Positions 26,080 to 41,900 of a DNA stretch of 64,000 nucleotides are shown piece by piece; within the stretch, counting starts at the first letter, position 1, and every line of letters begins with the position of its first letter. The stretch comes from Piromyces finnis finn (lineage: Eukaryota; Fungi; Neocallimastigomycota). The notes under the pieces are model-generated. The model had not been told where the DNA came from. It saw only the letters and a list, made by a program, of their open reading frames with translations, and did not search any database. Made by a program: the position numbers and the translations under genes. The stretch lies in contig MCFH01000002.1 of the NCBI GenBank assembly GCA_002104945.1, forward strand, positions 806,001 to 870,000, read 5' to 3'.

Positions 26080-29000
26080 AAATTTTTTATTACTATCAAT
26101 AATTTGGATATTTATTGCTGATGTTGTAGTCGCGTCTTTATAAAAAAAAATTGTATTAATTAAAAATACAATTACAAAAAATTGAAATTGAAATGTATAT
26201 TTACAAATATATGTTTTTAAATGATAATATATTGACCTTGCTTTTTTTTTTTTTTTTTTTTTGAAATAATTTATATTGTAGTGATATTGTTTATTTTTAT
26301 TTGAAATAGATAATTGTTTCTATTATCATATTATCATATATATATTTTTTCTTTATACTAAATTATTAAATATTATGAAAATACCCCACTAAAACCAATG
26401 ATTGTAAATTTTTATTTGAATTTTATGTATATAATAGGGTTATTAATTGAATGTTATTTAACAATGTTTATATTTTAATTATAGTTTTTTTTATTAGTAT
26501 TACTGTAGTACTTTTTATTACTTTCTATATAAAAAATATTTGTTCGCAATAATAATTTTTAAAGATAATTTGATACTTATATAAGTTTTCCTTCTATGAA
26601 CAATAAGTTTACTATTATTTATATTTTTGTTTTATTTTTTTTATATTATATTTATATTCATCATTTTAATTTATAAATATATTAAATGACATTTAATATA
26701 TTATTTACTCATTAATAGATGATTTACGAATATATTATATATAATATTTTTTTAAAAAATTTTTATTAAATCGAAAAAGGAAAAGCAATTAAAAATGATC
26801 TAAAACTTTATTTATAATAAAAAGTTGTATTATTAAAAATATTCATTCTTTTAAATTTTATAAAATTTATCTTTAAAATTATTATATAAAAAAGAATCTA
26901 AATGTATCTACAATTTGGATTTATTACTTAATGTTATATTTTAAAAATAATATGGATTTTACATTATATTCATTATTTTCAAATTTTATTGTTTTATCTT
27001 TTGTTTTTTTTTTTCAAATATATTTTTTTTATCTTTTTATATATAAATATATATATATTTATATAATTCATCACATAATTTAATTGGAGAAAAATTTTTT
27101 AAAAAAAAAATAGGATTACAATAGAAATATATTAATAAAGGTTTAGAATTGTAATTAATAAATTAAAATATGTAACAACTAAATAATTAAATATATAATA
27201 ATGGAATTTTTATTGTGGGTAAATATTATTTTTTATATTTAAATATAACTTTTTTAAAATATTATTCAACAATACCTACAAATATTTAGTATTGTTTTTT
27301 ATTAATATTAGTAAAATATATATAATGTTCTATTTTAAAGCTTTCTATTATTTCTTTCATTTAATAGTAAAACACAAAAAAAAAAAAAAAAAATAAGCAA
27401 AATTTAATTAAGTAGTTTTCTTTTCCATTAATATTTTTTTTGTATTTTTGTTTTAATCAAAATTGAACAGTTTTATTTTTATTATGAAATACTAAAAAAA
27501 TCTTATTGACATATATTATAATAATATATTATATAGTATTATAATATATGCTTTATATAAATTAATTTATCCAATAATTTATATAATAATAAAAATAAAG
27601 TATAAAATAATATTAATTAAATATATTAATAGATTGTTTTAATATATTGTGTTTTTTATATATTAAATACTATTCTATAATGAATAAAAAAAAAATTGAA
27701 TTATTTATATTAATTAGAAAATAATAGAAAAAAAAGCCATTATATACTTTTTGTAATGCTATTTTTTTTAATATAGTTAAATACCATAATTCATTATTGA
27801 AAAGCAAAATGTGATATAGTAAAAAAAAGAGTTATGAACAATAAAAGTTTTCTCAAAAAAAACATTAATTATTATTTTGGTATTGATATCTTATTAAAAA
27901 ATAATACTATTTTTTCACAAAAGAAAAATTATACATTGAAAACATTATATAATATAAATATTTAATGGCTAAAGCTTTTTTAATTTATACTGGTTTCATC
28001 TTGATATTGTGATGCTACCATTTTTAAAAAAAAAAGATTTTGTTAAACTAATTTAATAAACTTATAATATATTAAAATAAATATTTTATAGTGGTATTTA
28101 CTAATATTAAATTATAGAAATAGAATTTATAATAAGAATATTATATAATAAAAAGTCAAATATAACATTTTATTTAAATATATGAAAGTATTTACTGTTC
28201 ATTGAATTTGATGTAAAGTAATAGATAAGATAATTACAATAATTGATTTTTAATTCAAATAATTAACTTGAAAATGTTTGAAGATTAAATTTATTAGAGA
28301 GTTGGATACTATTACTTTTGTAGCACAATTAGTACTTATTTTTAAAATGTAGATCATTATTACTTTCTTAAAAATAATAAAAAAGTAATAATTTTCTAAT
28401 TCTTCATCTATACACATCCTATTAATTAATAATTAATTATTATATTATAGTATGAAAAGCTAATAAGAGTTAATTATGACTTTATTTTTAATGTTGATAA
28501 ATGATAAATAATATAGTTAATTGATTAATTATAAGAAACAATTTTCTTTTAAATTACTATTAAAATTGGAAAAATTATTATAAAAAGTAAATAAAATAAT
28601 TTTTTATTTCTTAATTATTAATCACATGTTTCATTTACCAAAATGAAATGTATTGATAAATACATTTAAATATAATGTTAATATATTTAGATAATATGTT
28701 AGCCAATATATTATACCAAAAATATAAATTTTAACTATGCTCATATATAATTTATATAGTTACCTTTTTATTACAAAGTATTTTACCATAATTAATATAT
28801 ATATTATATATATTAATAATATAATAATATATATTTTTATTTTCTTCAAATAAATGAGATATAGAATATTATACTCTATATTATTTAAATATATTACTAT
28901 AATACAAAGATATAAAAAAAAAAAAGGGATTTCTGTATTCTAATTTTGAATTTGAATTATTATAAAGTGATTGTAATACTATAATATATTAGATATTCAA

Positions 29001-29717
29001 AAATTTATTAATGATATTTTAGTTTTGTAAATAGCCCTTTTTGTTTTATATTATGACTAATATTTTTATTATAAATAAAGGTTTAAAGTAAAATAGAATA
29101 AAAATGAAAAAAAAAAAGTTTCTATAATAGTTTACTGAAAATAGTTAAATAAACTATCTATTATAAATTTTAAAAAAAGTTATTGCCTTGATTAAATCTT
29201 TTATTTATTAGAGATAGTCTATCTTATAATATTTATTATATATATGAATATTATCAGGTAAAGGATTAAAAAAATAATATTATTGAATATTATATTATAA
29301 TATAATATAACCCATATATTATAATAATTAATTTTTAACAAATTTATTTTATTATAAAAAGATAAAACAAAAATTATGCTATATTAAATAATGATGTATT
29401 TATAAATAAGTTATTAACAAAAACCAAATAATAAATACTATATAATATAAACAAGCGATATAGTTTATTTACCAAATCAAGGATAAAAATATTATGTTTA
29501 GTTTATTACACAAGGAAAAACTTATTGATGAGAAGATTATATAAAAAATAGGAATAAAAAATATGAATTCTTTATTAATTATTTTTCCAAATTTTATTTT
29601 GGGAACTACTAAATATATTTTTCAAAATTTAATTTTCATAAGATTCTTTTATGTTATCTTTTCATAAAGATATGGTAATAAAATATAACTTTTTTAATAT
29701 TTGTATTAAATGTGATA

Positions 29718-29776
<59 letters not shown>
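29718..29776. repeat. (AAT)n microsatellite
   Basis: Perfect AAT run of about 58 bp. Confidence 0.9.
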
Positions 29777-29778
<2 letters not shown>

Positions 29779-32456
29779 CAAGCCTATTTCAAATAATACT
29801 TTTAAAAACAAATATAATATAATGCATTAGTAACAATTCAAAATAATAATAAAATGATTCTTTTAAATATTAAAAAAATTTGATTCATAAGATTGGTTAG
29901 GAACAATAGTTTTTAAATTTTAACTTTTTCATATTTAAAAAAAAATAAATTATTTATATTATATAAATTAAATTATAATATTTGAAATAAAAAATTGAAA
30001 GTAGACAATATAATTTTTATAAATAAATATATAAAAGTATATAAAATATTACAATAGCTTTTAATAACTTTTAATAACTTTATAAAAAATATATTACTAT
30101 TTTTAAACTTTGCTTATCTTCCAAATATTGAAAATATTAAAATAAAAAGTATTTAAAATTTCTTCTTTTTTTTTTTTAAATAATGATATATGTACATAAT
30201 ATTTTAACCAATCAATAAAATGTATTATAAATACAACTATGTAATGTATACTTTTATAGTTAAAAGACTATGTATGTATAATATGAATATTATAAATATA
30301 ATTAATAGAATAATAACTCATTTATTCATGTATATAAATTTAATAATGAAAATAAATATATTAATTTATAATTTTCTATATTATATATCAAATTTTTAAT
30401 GATTATTTTTTAGTAAATAATTAGAATAAAGAGTTTGTTATTTATACAAAACTTATTTATTATACTTTTAATCATAAAAATACTACAAGAATATTAACAT
30501 AAATTATTAAAAAATTTTTAATACTTAATTAAATTCATTTGATTAGGAAAATTAGTTTATTATGATAATATCAAAATAAATCTATTATTTAATGACAAAT
30601 GCTGATATTTATTTATTTATTTATTTATTTATAGTAGGATAATAACAAAATTTTTATAGTATTTTTCCATTTTATGGATAATTTATAAATTATATTATAC
30701 AATAATAAATTTATAATACAATCCCAATATATTAAATAGAAATTTTTTAATTCTTTTTTTTTTTAATTTAATATATAAGAAAAATATTTTTTTAAAATTA
30801 TTGTTAAGTAGCTTTTTTTTTTTTTTTTGAAACTCTAAATATAGTGTTAAGTATTTAATATATACAAAACAATAGTATGAATATATTTATAATATATTAA
30901 AACAAATACTTCTTCTTCTTCGATTTATTATTTTATTAAAATTTAGGTTATATTAATAAACATAATAATATATAATAATACATTATAACTTAGAGGATTT
31001 ATTTATTTAGCATTTAATCCTGTCATAAATCAATATAACTAATATATAGTGATAATTTATTTAATAAAATGTTGAATATATTAATAATTAAATTAGAGTA
31101 TCAATTTTATATAATTCTATTTACTATTTAATATTTTCCATAATGTGATGTAGGAATATTACTTATATTATTTTTTTTAATATATTATATTTTATGGATA
31201 TATATAAACAGTATATTCTAATTAATTGGAAACTAGATTTATATTTAAAGAAAATATATTTATATAAAAAATTGAATTGATTTAATTTTAAATAGATATA
31301 TTATAAATATATTTTTTGGTTAATTATAGTTAAAATAATTATTTAACAATTTAAATATTAAACAACATAAAAATATAATTAAAAAAAAAAGAGAAATAAA
31401 TAACAATTATTTATTATCATTATAATAAATACAATAAATTATAATATAATCATCAGTATTAAGTTTATATATATTTATATTTATTTTTATAAAATTTAAA
31501 ATTTACTAATAATAAAAAATGAGTATTTAAAAGAGAAAAAGTAACTTCACTTTTTTTTTTTTTTTTTTTTTTATAAAAATAAATACTTTATATTTTTAAT
31601 AAAGAAAAAAAAAAAAAAAGAAATAAGTTAGTTTTTTCTTAAACTATTATTTTTTGTAAATAAAAAAACGAAAATAGTTTCTTCTTATACTATTAAATTT
31701 TAATTAATAATACTAATAATGAAATAATAAAGAACATATTTTCATTGTTTTATATAATTGAAAGGAAAAAAAAGGTATTAGATTTTATAGAATATGTATT
31801 GTGATAAATAACAAAAAAAATAAACAAATATAATATATTTCATGTAAAATAATTGATTAATTTGAAAAATAATTTAAATAATAAAACTTATTTAATATTT
31901 CACAAATAAACAAAAACATAGTAGACTAAATAAAATTTATAAATATTAAGATAATAGTAAAATATTTCATGGGTAAATAAAGTAAATCATATATATAAAC
32001 AATAAACAATAGATATTAGTTAATTACTAAAAAAAAAAATGCCTCATTTTAAATTGATAGGATAATATATATAAATTCTATTTAATAAAAAAATATTAGC
32101 AAAAATTTCAATTTCTATTTAATAAAATAAAAAATAATACAAAAATAAAAGCTTGATATTATACAAAATTTAAAAGTTAAAATTTTATAACTAAATTATA
32201 TTATTTGCATATTTAGATTATTAGTTATTATTATTAAAATAAAATAAAAATAATAAGATATTTAAACAAAAGCCATTAATATTTTTTCATTATTTTTATA
32301 GAAATTATTATTAAAATTACTATTTAGAAATTCAGCTGTGAAATATATATAAAACTTTTGCTTTGTCAATACAATAGCTTAATATTATGAATTCATAAAT
32401 AAAAAAATTAAATAACAATAGCAATTTACTACATTACATAAAAAAGGAAAAAAAAA

Positions 32457-35400
32457 ATGGAATTACAATTACTAGAAAGTGATGTAAAGTTTTTTAAAGT
32501 TCAACAACAACTTTTCTATTTGTTAACTGTTTCTGATGATAATCCGGAAAAGAATGTGTTTATTAACAAAGAATTTTATGAGGAAATGCTAAAAAAAAAT
32601 TATTTTGTTGACACAGATTGTTATGGCAATAACACATTTAATTATTATTATAATTTTAAACTAATAGAAGAAAATAGGTAATTATAATTTTAGAAATATT
32701 AATTATATTAATAGTAATTATATAATTTTTTTTGAATTTGTTTTTTTATATAAATTTTATAGCTAATATTAATATAATATGTATATTTCATATTTCAAAT
32801 TATTTACAGGAATTATCATAAATATTTTAAGGATTTTAAAACTGAACCTCCATACTCAAATATAATGAATCGTAATGATATTTCTTATTCAAGGAATCCA
32901 AATGATTATTATAATTCAAGAGATGAAAAGCCTCAAAAATTATTAGACTATTATCCAGAACAAAAAATGTATCTATATAGAGATCATCCTCAAAATATTA
33001 AAGATTATCATAAAGACCGCTATCCATTTAGTAATGATTATCGTCGGGACGAAACTGTCTTAATGAATAGAAAGGATTATGATAATTGCTATAATAATAA
33101 TTATAGTAATACTCGCATCAATTCAAATGATACCAATAATGATCCAAACATTATGATACCCAATAATAATTATAGAGATGCTCCTCCAGCACCTTTATCT
33201 CATTATTCATACAATGGACCTTCAAATCGTTATTTACCTAATGATAATAATAATCATGATAAGCACTTTTCAAAATATGACCAAAACAATAGTCCTATTA
33301 ATCATAAAAGCTCTATTAATTTTATAAATGGTAATGATAATGATTATGATCACAATCCGAATAAAAAATATAATAGAGACCAAGAGAATAATTCCTATAT
33401 AGGTAATAATGGTAATATTTATAAAGATAATTATCATTCTAAAAAAAGCCCTTTTGATATGAAAGAAAGAAGTTATTCAGATGAATATCACTTTAATGTT
33501 GACCGCAAACCCCATATTAACGATGATAAATTATATAGAAGTAAAGAAGAAGATTATGACAAATATTCATTACCTCAACCTCAAACCTCTAATCATACTA
33601 AACCACCAGATAATGAACAAAATATACGTTTGCCAAGAATTCATGAGTATATAGATGGTCTTAATGGTAGCAATATTAACAAAAATATTGATTCATATGG
33701 TCGTCCTCTAGAAAGATTTGAAAGAGATTTGTACGATAGATCAAAATATAGTCCACATGAGCGCTACGATCCTATTCGTAATAATATTCTACCAAATGAT
33801 AATCGAGATAGACGTAACAGTCTTTCACCAAATAATTACCGAGACGGTAATGGTAATATCCTATCAAATGATTATAGAAACGGTCGTCACAATTTCCTAT
33901 CAAATGATTATCGAGGTAATCTTCCACCAAATGACTATAGAGATGATCCAAATAGTCTTCCTCCAAATGATTATAGAAATGGTAGAAGCAGCCTTCTTCC
34001 AAATGATTATAGAGATAGCAAAGGCAACCTTCCTCCAAATGAGTATAGAGAAGGAAGAGGCAGTCCTCCAGATGATTATAGAGACGGAAGAGGAAGCTTT
34101 CCTCCAAATGATTGTAGAGGCAATCTTCCTCCAAATGATTATAGAGACAATAGAGGCAGTCTTCCTCCAAATGATTATAGAGAGAGTAGAGGCAGTCTTC
34201 CTCTAAATGATTATAGAGACGGTAGAAGTAGTTTTCCACCAAATGATTATAGAGATAATAGAAATAGCCTTCCTCTAAATGATTATAGAGATGGTAGAAG
34301 CAATATTTCAAATATTTATGATCGACGCTATCCCCAACCTATAAATGATTATTCTCCTAATTGTTATGCACCTATGGATCCATATAGAAATGAATTAAAT
34401 CCAAAGCGTTCAGGTTATCATGAAAATGAGTATTATCTTAAATCAAGAGGCTTCATTCAGAATAATAACGATCCAGAATCAAAAACTAATATTAATCGTA
34501 GTAGTATTGATAATTTATTAAATGGTGGTTCTAATCAAGTTGTTCAAAATAATTCTGGATCAAATTATCCTCCAAAAGATCTATTGGATGAACGTTTCTA
34601 CCTTTCAAATGAAAAATCAAGAAAACATTCATTAGAACATATTAATGATGAGGATAACTTAAGAAAACGTCAAATGTCATCTTTGAATGATATGAGAGGT
34701 TCATTAAATACTTTATCTCCAGTAGATGATAAGAGAAATTGTTATCCAATAAATGAAAAACCAGCAGCAGATAATATAAGAAATCATTATACTATAGAAA
34801 AGTTTAATCTATATAATAAGCAAATACCAGATCATTCAATGATATATCGTAATAGAGAAGAAAGTCAAACAAGAGAAAATAACGACCCACGTTTCTATTC
34901 AAGTATGGATGGCAATCATGAAAGAAGAAAATCCCAAGAAAAGTTTAATGACTATAACCATGAACGTCCATATAACCATTATCGAAGATATTCTAATAAT
35001 GAAACTAAGCCAGTAATCTCCCCATCTAATTCCTTATTTTCATTCTCTTCTAATTATCTAAGATCACCAATTAAATCTGAATCAAAAGATAATAGTAACT
35101 TGTTTAAAAGCTTATCTATAGATAAAAACGCTTTTGGTAAAAAAACAGATGACTTGTTATCTTCTACCACACCTATTAATGCAATCGATATGCTTGAAGA
35201 TGATAGTGATGGTAAAAATAACCTTTATCCATCTATTAAATACAAATTTAAAAACTACAGAATTAGTGCTATTGAGAAGAATCGAATTCTTAATGTTAAC
35301 CTTGATTATGATGATCTTAAAGATAATCCAGAAAATATTAGAACCTACCAAAATGTCGTTAAGTTTATGTATCCTATTATAATTGACCGTTTTATTGATG

Positions 35401-37616
35401 TAAACAATATTGTTACTCATCGTTATCTCTTGAATCAGTATATTAACTTTGATATATTAGAATTCTTTTTCATTGATTTGAATAGATACTTTAGTTATAA
35501 TTTAGAAACTAGAAATCCAATATTTTTATTAGTTTTAGTTGAAAATAGTGAATTTCTAAATTTCATGCCTGATCATCTTAGTAACTATTGTATAAAAAGT
35601 GTATTGGAATTTAGTAAGCAAAGATCAAAATTTAGCAAAAGAGATGCATATAGATACTACCTTTTCAAGAATCAGATTAAAGTAATTATAAGACAATGTG
35701 AAATTATTCGTGATATTATGATCAATATTTTAAATATAGCCTACATTAAGCACGATGTTGAGCAAATCAAGAGAATATATAATTATACAGATGTTATTAA
35801 TACCTATAAATTGATTAAAGCTTGTGTTAATAATGATACTTCTCAAATAAGTCAGATTATCAAGGAAACTAGTACTGCACTTTACTATCAAACAGTCCAA
35901 GGTTATACCCCTCTTCATTTGGCAATTAATAATGAAAATATTGATGTTATAAAAATACTTCTCAATTGTCAAAAAATCAATGTTAATACTTATAATAAAT
36001 ATGGTTTCTCCCCTATATTTTATTCAATACTTAAGAAACGCTATGATATATTAAGTATGATTCTTAATCATCCTTCTGTTGATATTAATTATAAAAATAT
36101 AACCGGTCTTTGTCCATTACTTTTCACTGTTACCTTACGTAACAAGGAAGCTTTAGAAATTTTATTATCACATCCTAATATAGATATAAATATTACTGGT
36201 AAAAATAACAATACTGCATTAATTAGTCTTTTAAGTAATACTAGAAATTATGTTGAAGATTATAAAAGAATGATATATCATTATTTTTCACTCGAAGGAA
36301 CTAAAGTGCACTGTAAAGTATAAATTTATTATTTTTTAATAAATATTTTAATATTTTAATATATATATATTGTCATTTCTCATGACACGCTTTATTAACA
36401 ATATTATTATTTTTTTTTTTTTTTTTTCATTTAAATAGATGGTGAAATGGATAATATAGCACGTAAAAAGAATAAAAATGAAGAAGAATATATGAACAAG
36501 AAATTTATCTTAGATAAAATTTCAAAAATTTCTGAGGTTCCACTCCAACAAAATGAATTAATGACTATGCTTATCAATCATCCAAATATAGATTTATCTA
36601 TAAAGAATAATTATTATAATAATGCTCTGTTTTACGCAACCAAAAACTTTAATATTGAAATTGTCGATAAAATTTTAAGAAAAAGTAGTTATGATGTTAA
36701 TGAAAGACTATATAACGGTAAAACTATTTTTCATAAAATCATTAAAAAGAAGTCTGAAAAAATAAAAGGTGGATGTAAGACTCCAAATACTACAGTTATG
36801 AATATTAATAATATTATCAGTAAAAAAGACCAAAGTGGTGTAAATGATAATACGTTCTATAATGTAAATGATACAAAATATAAGCATTCAGATATAAATG
36901 GTAATAATAACTTACGCCCAATACTACCTTCACCATCCACACCTTCTATTCCAAATTCATCTGTAAATAATCTTCAATCCCCTAATATAAATTATTATAA
37001 TGGTGGTGTGAATGATGGTAAATTATTAGGTGATTATAATAACTATTCTTATAATAGTGGTAATCAAAATGGTAGTAGATTTATAAGTTCGCATAATCCA
37101 TATGATCAAGATAGAAATAGAACTTTCTATCCAGCCGTAGTTAATAATGAATTTATTGGTGGTGGTGAGTCTAACTCCATTTTAACGTTATATAATATGA
37201 TAGCATGTGACCTTCATCAAACCTACATAAGTAATCATGAAAACATTGATGAATGCCAATATTGTAAAGCATATGTAAACTATCTTAATAATGCTATTGA
37301 AGAATATGAACGTCTAATTATACTATCTACTGAGGATATTATTCGATATGAAATTATTAAACTTTTCCTTGAAAATCCAAAAGTAAATGTCAATATACAA
37401 GATAATAATGGTATCACACCAATTATGAAAGCTGTTATGTGTAATCGTTTCGATCTATTAATTTTAATTTTTAGAAAGCGTCTCTTGAGTATTGATTTAT
37501 CTTTACAATCACTTCAAAATGAAACTAGTATTCAAATTGCGAGTCGTCTTGGTTATAATGATATTATTCATTTACAATTAATACATAAAATCTATTTACA
37601 GCATGCCTATCAATAA
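32457..37616 (+). CDS. Ankyrin-repeat protein with N/D/Y/R-rich low-complexity N-terminus and 12-aa tandem repeats; 3 exons, about 1633 aa
   Basis: Exons 32457-32677, 32810-36312, 36439-37616. GT-AG introns with matching phases (2, then 1) join three ORF-track ORFs in frame (4902 nt). Ankyrin motifs GYTPLHLAINNENIDVIKILL, GFSPIFYSI, GLCPLLFTV, GITPIMKAV, ETSIQIASRLGY. Confidence 0.85.
33786..34300 (+). repeat. Coding tandem repeat, 36-nt / 12-aa unit (LPPNDYRDGRGS-like), 15 units, some shortened
   Basis: CCAAATGATTATAGAG recurs; NDYR-like cores were counted in the translation. Confidence 0.9.
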
Positions 37617-38223
37617 TATATTTTATTTAAAATAAGCATTAGCTAAAAAAAAAAAAATCGATTTTTAGAATACTACTTTTAATTTTATTTTTTATTTTTC
37701 TTTAGAAATAGTTTAATTATATAAATAATTTATCTTATTTTTAATGCATCAATATCAAAAAAAATATATATATATATATATATATGAACTCAAGAAATAT
37801 ATAAATAGAAAAAAGCAAAAGAAGAAAAGAAAATTTTTTATTGAATTTTTTTTTCTTATATATATGTTTAACTCAATTATTTAATTATAAATATTGTATA
37901 TACTTTTTGTATATAATATTTATATGATACTTAATATTTCTCTATTCACGATACTTCTTTTTATTTTATTTATTTTTTTTTTTTTTTTACATATATATAC
38001 TTAAAAAAAAAATAATAATAAATAAATAAATTTATAATTATATATAAAAATATATAGAATTTAAATGAGTTTTTTTTAAAAAAACAAAGTTATTTCAATT
38101 AGAATAAATCTGTGAAATTTTATATTCACTTTCAAAAATAAATCTATTAAATTATAATAATAATGAATGATTTAAAAAGACATTAGGAAAATATATATAT
38201 ATATATATATCAATTATTATATA

Positions 38224-38276
38224 TTTATTTGTTTATTTATTCATTTATTCATTTATTCATTTATTTATTTATTCAT

Positions 38277-38355
<79 letters not shown>

Positions 38356-38369
38356 TCTATTTATCTATT
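38224..38369. repeat. (TTTA)n tetranucleotide microsatellite between convergent genes
   Basis: TTTA run with TTCA and TCTA variants. Confidence 0.9.
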
Positions 38370-38910
38370 TTATATAAAGTTTTTTATGTTTAGATAATGG
38401 TATGTTAATAATTTTTAATATAAAAATATTAATGATAAAAATTAATACAAAAAAAATTTTTTTTTATTAAAAACTTTGACTGCGTAAGCTTTATATAATA
38501 GGTATAATACATTTTATATATAAATAATCTAGTATAAATCTAGTATATAAAAATTAAATATAATATAAATATTTAATCATTAAATATTTATTATAATGAT
38601 TTTCTTTTTTTTTGTGTGTGTGGGTGGGTGTTTATTGTTTCTGTATTTTTTTTTTTTTTAGTTTGTTTGTTTGTTTGTTTGTTTGTTTTTATTAATAAAT
38701 GTTATAATGTTTTTATTTATGAAGGATTTTTTGTTTTTGTTTTTACTTTGATTTTTCTATTTTTGTTTCAAGTATTTCGAATATAGATGTAGGTGTAATT
38801 GTGAAGAAAAAAAATAATATAATTATGCTAATTATATAATATTAAATTTGAATGGTAAAAATAAATATTATTCCATATATATATCTTTTGTATTTAATAT
38901 ATCATTAATT

Positions 38911-41900
38911 TTAAATACGTATTGTTTGAGTACTGGCATTAACTCTTTGGAAAATTTCCTCTTCACGTTCATGATGTATTTGTCTTATATGTTGTTCTAA
39001 TTCAGCATTCTTTTCTAATTCTTTATTAACTAATTCTTGGTATTGTTCACGAGTATCTTGTAAAAGTTTACGGAATTCCTTACGAATATTTTGTTCACGT
39101 TCAATAGCAGATTGTTCTTGATTTGCTGGTGGTTTACCTCCTACCTTATTGTATAAGAAGTCTTCTAATTGAGAACGAAGTTTGTTTAATGCAGATCTTA
39201 AACTAGTAATTTCCTTTTGATCAATCTTCTTCTCTCTTTCATATTGTTTATTAAGATTATTTAATCTAGTATATTCAGAAAGAGCATCATCGATTTCAAG
39301 TTGAAGTTCATTAGTATTCTTTTCTTGAATTTCTAATTCCTTTGTCAACTTTTCAATCTTACTTCTCATTTCTTCAGTTTCTTCCTTTGAAGAACCAATA
39401 TCAATATTATTCTTAGAATCCTCTACCATACCACGTAATTTAGTAACTTGTAATTTCAGAGTTTCTTTTTCATCATTAACCATATTCAATTCAGCATCAT
39501 GGCTTCGTTTAGCACGATCGAATTTTTGAGTTTCGGTTTGTAGCTTAAATTCTAATTCCTCAATTTCATCATGCAATAAATCCATATTTCTAATTTGTTC
39601 TTCTAAATCATTGACCTTCTTCTTGTGTTCTTGGGTCATTGTTTCTATTTTATTATCATAGTCACCAGTTAAATTCTTAATTTTTTTATCATAATCTCCA
39701 GTTAAATTCTTTATCTTCTTTTCATAATCTCCAGTTAAATTCTTAATTTTTTTATCATAATCATCGGTTAAATTCTTAATTTTTTTATCTTTTTCATCTA
39801 TTAAGTTTTTGTCCTTTTTCTTAATATTTTCAATTTCCTTGTTTAATTTTTGGATTTCTTGGTTAGCATTGTTATTAAATTTGGTAATTTCTTTAATATG
39901 ATCATTAGCCTTCTTATTAATAGCTTCGGCCTTCTTAATTTCATTAATTAATGATTGTAATTTTCCTTGATTGATATCATGTTCTTTGGTTAAGTCTTCC
40001 TTACTCTTTACAACTTCTTTTTCCATCTCGGTAATTGTTGCTTTAAGAGAATCAATAACTCTTTCTAAATTATTACATTTATCTAATGAATCTCTGTATT
40101 TCATTTCTATATCTTGAACATTTTTCTTATTAGTATTGGAAAGATTATTATATTCAGTTTGGGTTTCATTATACTTCTTTTGGAGATCTTCTAATTCACT
40201 TAATTTACTCTTTAAAGTATTTTCAGAATTATTCAATTGTTCAAGTGTCTTTGAAAGTTCTTCAGTTTTTGAAGAAGCTTCCTTTTCACTCTTGCTTAAT
40301 CTACTGCTTAAATCTTCAATTTCATTTTCATGCTGTTTATGAAGATTACTAATTTCTTCGTTAAGTTTATCCTTTGCTATCATTTCATTTTCAATTTGTT
40401 GATGAAGTTTCAATTCAATTTCATCGAACTCCTTAGCTTGGTCTATAATCTTACGCTCAGATTCTTGCAATTTTTCCTTAATATCATTCATTTTTTGCTC
40501 TAATTCATTAACAGCCATCTTATTATCTTCAATTTCTCTTTCCTTCATTTCAACTTCTCTTTCCTTTGCTTCAATTTCTCTGTTTAATTCATCTATCTTT
40601 TGTTTCATTTCATTAGCAACTTCTGTTTCCTTTTCTGAAGTTTGCCATTTCAATTGATCATATGAATGACGTATATTATCATAATCTTCCATTAATTTAG
40701 AATATGTCTCAACTAATTGATCATTTTCAGAAGTTAAAAGATTATATTCAGACTTCAAATCATTCAATTCATCACGTATGGATGATTCTTTCTTTTGATA
40801 TTCAATTTCCTTAGATTTTAATTCATCATTCTTATCATCTAGACTGTTTCTAAGATTATTCATAGAACGGCGTATATCATCAATTTCTTTTTGTAAATTA
40901 CTATTCTCTTTCTTCAGATCTTGATTCAATCTTTCAATATTTTCTCTTTCCCTTGAGAAGTTGTTGTAACGGTTTTCTTGTTCAGAAATTTCTCTAGATT
41001 TATTGGATAATTGATCTTCTAAATTATTATATCTATCAGTAATTACTCTTAATTCATTATTTGCTTTCTTTTCACCTTCAATACGTTTTTGAAGATCATC
41101 ATCAGCTTCCTTTAGCATATTCTCTAATAATTTAACATCATCTTCACTATGTTTTAATTTATTTTCAGTACTCTCTAACTTTTTCTTAAGATCATATATT
41201 TCATCCTTTAAGCTCTGATTTAATCTTTCATCACTACGACTTCGACTATTTTGAGCATTTTTAACATTATCCTCTAATTCATGAATCTCTTTATATAAAT
41301 CTTTAACTAAACTATCATAATGATCATTATCAGTCTTATGTTTTTCAATTTCATTCTTGAGTTCTTTTTTACTCTTATTAATTTCTTCTTCCTGGTTATC
41401 AAGTTCAATAGACGTCTTTTGATATTGAGTAACAACATCAGATACGAATTTTGTAAAGTTTTTAGCATTATATTCTTTTTCTCTTTTAACACCTTCAATT
41501 TCAATAGAAAATGAATGATACATTTTTTCAAGAATTTCCCTTTCTCTAAGTTCTTTTTCAAGATCATCTTTTGTTTTATCTAATTCATCACTATTAAGAT
41601 TATCATTGAAATAACTTCTAATTTCTTCTTCTTTTTTACGAATGGTTTGTCTCAAACGGTTTATTTCATCTTCTTGATCCTCACATTTGCGCTTTTCACT
41701 TTCTAATTGACGACGCAAAATATCAGCTTCACGAGAACGAGAGTTAACAATTGGTGAAGAAGCGGTTGAGGAAATATTTTTACTATCCTTTTCATAATTT
41801 TTAATTTGATCTTTTAACTTAGAAATCAATTCATCCTTTTCGGAAACAGTCATATTTCCATTAGAACGAGATTGATTCATCTCAACCTTATTAGTTAATA

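Noticed and set aside
33718-34311. Overlapping ORFs 33718-34206 (+) and 33772-34311 (-, LYNHLEE repeats)
   Set aside because: Alternate-frame shadows of the 36-nt coding repeat.
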